From Gammaproteobacteria bacterium (GTDB taxonomy: Bacteria > Pseudomonadota > Gammaproteobacteria > Arenicellales > Poriferihabitantaceae), in the NCBI GenBank assembly GCA_011088265.1, contig JAALKB010000003.1, forward strand, positions 3,670 to 67,669: DNA of 64,000 nucleotides, in the 5' to 3' direction. Numbering within the stretch: the first letter of the stretch is position 1; each line of letters begins with the position of its first letter. The position numbers and the translations under genes are program-made. The notes beneath the pieces were generated by a model. The model saw only the letters and a list, made by a program, of their open reading frames with translations, was not told the DNA's origin and ran no database searches. Of the stretch, positions 58,652 to 64,000 are shown in pieces.

Positions 58652-59719
58652 TTGCTTGATGTCTGCCAAGCCGTCCCGGCTTACCTTCCCCACCAATCGT
58701 TACTCGATCACCTCGGTCAGGCCATTACAGACGGGAAGGCTGCAACCTACACGGATATTTCCGGTATCGCACCACTTAGGGAATCCCTGGCAGGGGATAT
58801 CAACTCCCGCTATCAATGCAATATTTCTGCCCAACATATTTCCATTACAGCTGGATGTAATCAGGGGTTCTGTTCCGCTATTGATACGCTTTGTGAACCT
58901 GGGGATGAGGTTATTGCAGCTCTGCCCTGCTACTTCAATCATGAGATGTGGTTTCGAATTCGGGGGATCAACGTGCAGTGGCTAGATTTCAACGAAGCTA
59001 CCGCGGTCCCTCATCCGCAACAGGTAGCTCGCAAAATTTCATCTCGCACTAAAGCCATCGTCCTTGTTTCCCCCAACAATCCCACCGGCGCAATCTATTC
59101 ACCCGAAGTACTTGGTGAATTTTATCGAATTGCGAAAAGTCATAACATCGCCCTGGTTGTTGATGAAACCTATCGCGACTTTATGGACCCAGACGCGCCG
59201 CCACATCACCTGTTCAATGAATCGGACTGGGAAACAAACTTTATTCACCTTTACAGCTTTTCCAAATCCTTCAGTCTTACCGGACATCGTGTTGGTGCAG
59301 TAGCTGCCGGCCCAAAGTTTCTGGCAGAAATGGGGAAAATCCAGGATTGTGTAGCTATCAGCGCACCGCATACCGGACAGATAGCTGCCTTATATGGTTT
59401 AAAAAATCTGATTGACTGGCGCACGGAAAACGGGCGAAAAATGACAGCAAGAGCTGTCGCGATCACCCAGGCATTCGACCATCCCGGGCTAGACTACCAG
59501 CTTATTTCTGCCGGAGCTTATTTTGCCTATATCGAACATCCATTTGATTCATCTTCCCATGCCGTGGCAAAACGATTGGCAGAAGAGTTTGATGTACTTT
59601 GCCTCCCCGGCACATACTTTGGGAAAGGCCAGGATCGATATCTGAGATTTGCATTCGCCAATCTTACCGAAAGTCATTTTCCTCGATTAATCGACCACCT
59701 TATTCAGAGCCAGATCTAG
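58652..59719 (+). CDS. class I/II PLP-dependent aminotransferase (N-terminus interrupted, see findings)
   Basis: LLDVCQAVPAYLP, NPTGA, and a FSKSFSLTGHRVG Lys-containing PLP site. The same frame upstream from ATG 58565 has two TGA codons. Confidence 0.75.
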   Translation: MLDVCQAVPAYLPHQSLLDHLGQAITDGKAATYTDISGIAPLRESLAGDINSRYQCNISAQHISITAGCNQGFCSAIDTLCEPGDEVIAALPCYFNHEMWFRIRGINVQWLDFNEATAVPHPQQVARKISSRTKAIVLVSPNNPTGAIYSPEVLGEFYRIAKSHNIALVVDETYRDFMDPDAPPHHLFNESDWETNFIHLYSFSKSFSLTGHRVGAVAAGPKFLAEMGKIQDCVAISAPHTGQIAALYGLKNLIDWRTENGRKMTARAVAITQAFDHPGLDYQLISAGAYFAYIEHPFDSSSHAVAKRLAEEFDVLCLPGTYFGKGQDRYLRFAFANLTESHFPRLIDHLIQSQI

Positions 59720-59984
59720 TATTACGACCTTAGTTTCTCATCGTTGGATTTGGAGGAAAACCTCATCGATCTGGTATCGACTTGACGTTATCTGAAGACC
59801 CGTTATCTAAAAAATGCCGCATACCACTGTTATGGCTAGTTTCTCATCATGCTCGTACCTGGGTATTTCTCGGTGAACAATTAACGGATGCGAACCCAAT
59901 GTATGGAAGATCAACAGATAAAAAGATCAAGGCTGTCCGAAAAATCTCGGCGCGAAAAAATCCCGGCGACTCTCCCTCCGAAGA

Positions 59985-60746
59985 TCAGGTAAGACTACAA
60001 TATACTTTTTTTACAAAGCCTTCACTTTTCCACTGATACCCCATTCCCACGGGCACCATAAACGCGTCTCCCGCACTAAACTCGAATACCTTCCCATCAC
60101 CGTTTATGATGGAACCGCTGCCTTCCAGAATATACATGAGTTCACTGCGATTAATGGGAGCGGGTATTCGCTGCATCGCTGTGCAGTCCCAAAGACCAAC
60201 ACCAAACCGGGCGGTCAGATCACTAAACACCCCAAGTTGATGCATGGTCGGCACACCACCAATAAACAACGATGAATCCTGTTGGGGAACTTCGGGCAGC
60301 GCCAGAGACAAATCCACGCGAATAGGTGAAACCGGATCGAGGTCCTCGGCTTTGGTTGTTGTATCATCGAAAATCACATAAAACTTTCTCAGGTATTCGG
60401 TTTGTTTCCAGCTACAGACACAACCTTTGGGAATAACAAAATTCTCTCCAGCAGAAAAGATCTCAGAATTGCCGTCTTGATCAACAATGGATACCGAGCC
60501 TTCAAGAATATGCATGAACTCGTTCACGCCATAAGGAGCCAATTTGGTCTCAAATGGGGTGCAATTCCAAACCCCGGCTGTAAGGGTTCCACTTCCCGCA
60601 TCATCCACGGGAATATTGAGATATTCATGTCCTCGCTGAAGAGGCACTTCAGACACAAGCTCATCCCTGGGCATGGACTCCCACTCAGCCATACCGGTGT
60701 CTGATGGGCCATGGGGCTCAAATTTTAAAACAGTGAGATCAGGCAT
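59985..60746 (-). CDS. bicupin protein (two DUF861/EutQ-like cupin domains)
   Basis: Two repeats of the pattern G(V/L)W.CT...........E.M.ILEGS..I....G. Confidence 0.6.
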   Translation of the reverse strand: MPDLTVLKFEPHGPSDTGMAEWESMPRDELVSEVPLQRGHEYLNIPVDDAGSGTLTAGVWNCTPFETKLAPYGVNEFMHILEGSVSIVDQDGNSEIFSAGENFVIPKGCVCSWKQTEYLRKFYVIFDDTTTKAEDLDPVSPIRVDLSLALPEVPQQDSSLFIGGVPTMHQLGVFSDLTARFGVGLWDCTAMQRIPAPINRSELMYILEGSGSIINGDGKVFEFSAGDAFMVPVGMGYQWKSEGFVKKVYCSLT

Positions 60747-60820
60747 AATTCGATATTCCCGTTGATAGTAAAACCAATAGTGCGGCAACCTCCCCTTATG
60801 GATTTAGGGAATAAGAAACC

Positions 60821-62569
60821 TCACGATAGGCCGTTATTATAAAGTTCGACATAGGCACCATTCAGCGCCAATAGCTCTTCATGAGTACCGCTTTCGATAA
60901 TCCGTCCTCCATCAAGCACCATGATCTTGTCCGCATTTTCGATAGTACTAAGTCGATGGGCGATAATAATACTGGTTCGGTCGCACATCAAATCGTTAAT
61001 GGCCTGCTGAATCAGAACTTCCGACTTATTATCCAATGCAGAAGTTGCTTCGTCCAGAACCAGAATGGGAGCATCCTTAAGGAAAGCCCGGGCAATGGCA
61101 ATGCGCTGTCTTTGTCCACCAGACAACATCAAACCAGACTCACCGATGGGCGTATTCAGGCCTTGTTCCTGTTGTTCGGCAAACTCCAGTACCTGGGCAT
61201 GCTCCGCGGCAAATCGAATCTCCTCCTCAGTACAGTCCCGCAGCGAACCATAAGCAATGTTTTCAGCAATGGTTCCATTGAATAGCACGATATTCTGATT
61301 GACCAGCGCAATGTTGTCTCTAAGGCTTTCCAGTGACACTTCCTTAATCTCATTGCCATCGATCAATATGCTTCCTTCGTCAATATCGTAAAAACGCGCG
61401 ACCAATGATGCCAGCGTGGATTTCCCGCTACCAGATCTTCCAACTAATGCGCATTTCTCCCCGGGTCTGATTTCAAAATTGATGTCTTTGAGCACCTTGG
61501 TATGAGCATCGATATAACTGAAGCCGACCTGATGGAATTTAATCTCACCACGACAGTCTCCCAGATCCACACTGCCAGTGTCTTCTTCCGGCGGTAGATC
61601 AAGAACGGTAAAAACACTGTTAGCAGCGGTAATTCCCTGCTGAATAATTGAATTAACCTGGGTAAGTTGCTGTATTGGCCTTGAGATAAAACCCGCTGCA
61701 GTAACGAATGAAACAAACTCGCCGGCGCTCATGGAAGTAAGCACTGAGGGTGTCATCGCGATTACAATCAAGGCGGCTAGCGTCAGGGCAAAAAGCACCT
61801 GGATCAGGGTGGAACTCAAATCATTCGCTACCACCAACTTCATTCGCTGGTTTCGATCATTGTTGATTACTTCATCAAATACCCCTCGTTCGTGTTCAGC
61901 TCCTGAGAATATTTTCACAATCTGATAACCACGCATGACCTCACTGGCTCTTTCTCCCACATTCGCCATGGCCCCCTGGATTCGATGACTGATTTTTCTG
62001 AATCGTTTGGTAACCGCCGCAATAATCAACGCCATAATGGGAGTTACGATCAAAAACAGACTGGACAGCATCCAATTAAGATAAAACATAAAAATCAACA
62101 GGCCAATAATCGTCAACCCACCCCGTATTACAATTCTCAATGCATTGGTCGATGCCGTGCCTACGTTTTCGACATTATAGATAAGTTTGGATAGCACTCC
62201 GCCAGAACTGGACTGCTCGTAATAACGGCATGGTAACTGCAGCAGATGACTAAACAGACTTCGACGTAGCTTGTTAATCAACCGTCTGGCAACATATTCC
62301 GTACTGTATGCCCCAATCAGCCCTCCTAGTCCCCGGGTCACAAAAATAAGGATGATCAAAGACGCCAAATACCAGTGCATGGAACTGTCCCGGGCTTCGA
62401 TGCTATCCACTAGCTCTTTCATCCACCAGGCAAAAGCAGAATCGCAGGCAGCATAGATCGCAAAACCCAAAAAGCCCACCACAAGAAAGCGCACATCACC
62501 TTCCATATAACTTAGGAGACGACGATAAATTCTGGCCCCGCCGGTGGTTGGAATATTTTCTGTAAGCAT
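60821..62569 (-). CDS. msbA: lipid A export ABC transporter permease/ATPase
   Basis: Six-TM domain plus NBD (GRSGSGKST, LSGGQRQRIAIARA, LVLDEATSALD). Adjacent and divergent to lpxL. Confidence 0.85.
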   Translation of the reverse strand: MLTENIPTTGGARIYRRLLSYMEGDVRFLVVGFLGFAIYAACDSAFAWWMKELVDSIEARDSSMHWYLASLIILIFVTRGLGGLIGAYSTEYVARRLINKLRRSLFSHLLQLPCRYYEQSSSGGVLSKLIYNVENVGTASTNALRIVIRGGLTIIGLLIFMFYLNWMLSSLFLIVTPIMALIIAAVTKRFRKISHRIQGAMANVGERASEVMRGYQIVKIFSGAEHERGVFDEVINNDRNQRMKLVVANDLSSTLIQVLFALTLAALIVIAMTPSVLTSMSAGEFVSFVTAAGFISRPIQQLTQVNSIIQQGITAANSVFTVLDLPPEEDTGSVDLGDCRGEIKFHQVGFSYIDAHTKVLKDINFEIRPGEKCALVGRSGSGKSTLASLVARFYDIDEGSILIDGNEIKEVSLESLRDNIALVNQNIVLFNGTIAENIAYGSLRDCTEEEIRFAAEHAQVLEFAEQQEQGLNTPIGESGLMLSGGQRQRIAIARAFLKDAPILVLDEATSALDNKSEVLIQQAINDLMCDRTSIIIAHRLSTIENADKIMVLDGGRIIESGTHEELLALNGAYVELYNNGLS

Positions 62570-62932
62570 ATTAAACAAGAAAAAACGATCTGATCAGACA
62601 ACTCAAAAAAGAATCACAAACGTCTGATTTTTTGGATCTCGACAATAGCAGAGTTTTGCATGAATAAGTCCTCGTTCCAAGATCAGGAATAAAGTAATCC
62701 AACACCGAAATAGCAGCAATACGATGTCTCCTGTGTTCCCATCATCAACAAGAAAATCGACCAAAGGAAAATCATCGGCATCCAGTGGTTATTCCTATCT
62801 CCAGGTCGCTGGATTATTGTAAGATTCCTTACCTGGAGAGCAATCTGACTTTATCATCCAACAGTGGAGCAGATTCTTCAACGGATCCGATACCCAAGAA
62901 AACGAATGCCTGCAATATACGTCTGAATCTCA

Positions 62933-63862
62933 TTGAAGCCCATCGCCCCCCTTACCCTGCGGACACTGCTTAACCCGTTATCCTGGATCACGTTGATTGC
63001 ACTTTCCATTGTGTGGTTGTTCAATCTTCTTCCCTATCCACTGAATATAAAAATTGGAAAATCATTTGGCCACCTTTTATACCTCACTGAAAAGCGCCGT
63101 AGCGCCATCGCCCGCAAAAACCTCGAATTGTGTTTTCCTGAACTGTCGGAGGCCGAACGAGAAAAAATCGCATTGTCCACATTCCGTAACTTTGGTGCCA
63201 GCATATTCGAAACGGCGATGAGCTGGTGGGAAAACCCAAAGAAATTGTCCCGCCGAGTTGAATACAAAGGCACGAAGCATCTGGAAAAAGCCCTGTCCCA
63301 AAATAGGGGAGTTTTATTACTAGGCGCACATTTTTCCCTCATTGACTTGCCCGGAATAGTTTTGAATCAGACCCATCCGGTTTACGCTATCTACAGAAAT
63401 CAGACCAATAAGGTTTTCAACTATATTATGACCCGGGCGCGAAATCGAAACTTGGTCGGCATTATCCCCCACACTTCCATGCGCACTGCAGCGAAGATCA
63501 TTAAACAGGGTAATATTGTTTGGTATGCCCCGGACCAGGACATGGGAATTGACCACTCTGTGTTTGCCAATTTCTTTGGGCATCCCGCAGCAACATTGAT
63601 TTCAACCGGAAAACTGGTTCGTCTTACGGGCGCACCCATTGTCATGATGGTACCCTATCGAAAAGAGGACGATAGTGGATATATCATTGAATTCCTGGAG
63701 GGCCCAGATAACTTCCCCTCCGGAGACGATGTACAGGATGCAACCACCATCAATCAGTTACTGGAAAAAGGCATCCGTCGGGCACCTGATCAATACTACT
63801 GGTTCCACCGACGATTCAAAACCCAGCCAGACCAGGAGAAAGCCAGTATTTATCAATCATAA
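62933..63862 (+). CDS. lpxL: lipid A biosynthesis lauroyl/myristoyl acyltransferase
   Basis: The N-terminus LNPLSWITL...LLPYPLNIKIGKSFG parallels E. coli LpxL. HFS..D (HX4D-type) acyltransferase motif GAHFSLIDL. TTG start. Confidence 0.8.
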   Translation: MKPIAPLTLRTLLNPLSWITLIALSIVWLFNLLPYPLNIKIGKSFGHLLYLTEKRRSAIARKNLELCFPELSEAEREKIALSTFRNFGASIFETAMSWWENPKKLSRRVEYKGTKHLEKALSQNRGVLLLGAHFSLIDLPGIVLNQTHPVYAIYRNQTNKVFNYIMTRARNRNLVGIIPHTSMRTAAKIIKQGNIVWYAPDQDMGIDHSVFANFFGHPAATLISTGKLVRLTGAPIVMMVPYRKEDDSGYIIEFLEGPDNFPSGDDVQDATTINQLLEKGIRRAPDQYYWFHRRFKTQPDQEKASIYQS

Positions 63863-64000
63863 AAACAACAGGATGGATCACCGAGGGTCTACTAGAAGAA
63901 AATCAGCAGAAGAGAATCAGCAAATGTATTGATTGATTCCCTCTTCCGCGAAATCCCGGTTATTTTTTATTGTCTGTCCCAAGCGCTCCAGATTATCCCT

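Noticed and set aside
1-64000. Prophage, integron, transposon or genomic-island boundaries.
   Set aside because: There are no integrase, transposase, recombinase or phage structural genes, no tRNA genes to serve as attachment sites, and no long terminal direct or inverted repeats detected by eye. The accessory genes appear interleaved with core genes rather than forming a discrete mobile block.

Overview
The window looks like a chromosomal segment of a gammaproteobacterium, possibly marine; that is judged from gene content only. It is densely coding, with no rRNA, tRNA, CRISPR array, transposase, integrase or phage genes that I could detect.

A conserved housekeeping backbone is present: nadA; nadD-rsfS-rlmH-maf-rng; def; gluQ; msbA/lpxL; and thiBPQ behind a TPP riboswitch.

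Accessory catabolic islands are interleaved with it:
- a gamma-butyrobetaine-dioxygenase-like gene
- two orphan Rieske oxygenase alpha subunits, each next to a GcvA-type LysR regulator
- a fused ComDE-like TPP decarboxylase with LacI, ALDH and SDR genes
- an M24 hydrolase, FAD oxidase and LLM monooxygenase group
- a partial hut locus (hutC/hutF-hutH)
- a two-gene AddAB-like helicase-nuclease
- a type II lumazine synthase behind an FMN riboswitch

The most striking sequence-level signal is that at least seven genes are split by single-base frameshifts. Six sit in homopolymer runs of 5-7 nt, and five of those are +1 changes in G/C runs. An eighth gene, an aminotransferase, carries two in-frame TGA codons in a conserved-looking N-terminus. 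Several intergenic regions also hold 3-copy short tandem repeats. Together this suggests either homopolymer sequencing or assembly error, or a slippage-driven decay of accessory genes.

Other points worth follow-up:
- a secreted protein with alpha/delta-carbonic-anhydrase-like histidine motifs
- a possible TPP-riboswitch operon that extends into a BBOX-like dioxygenase
- a translationally coupled SDR and pterin-4a-carbinolamine dehydratase pair with no hydroxylase nearby
- an orphan intrinsic terminator that may mark an sRNA

I found no clear canonical defence or mobile system. All functional calls come from reading the translated ORFs for motifs and recalled family similarity, not from database searches.
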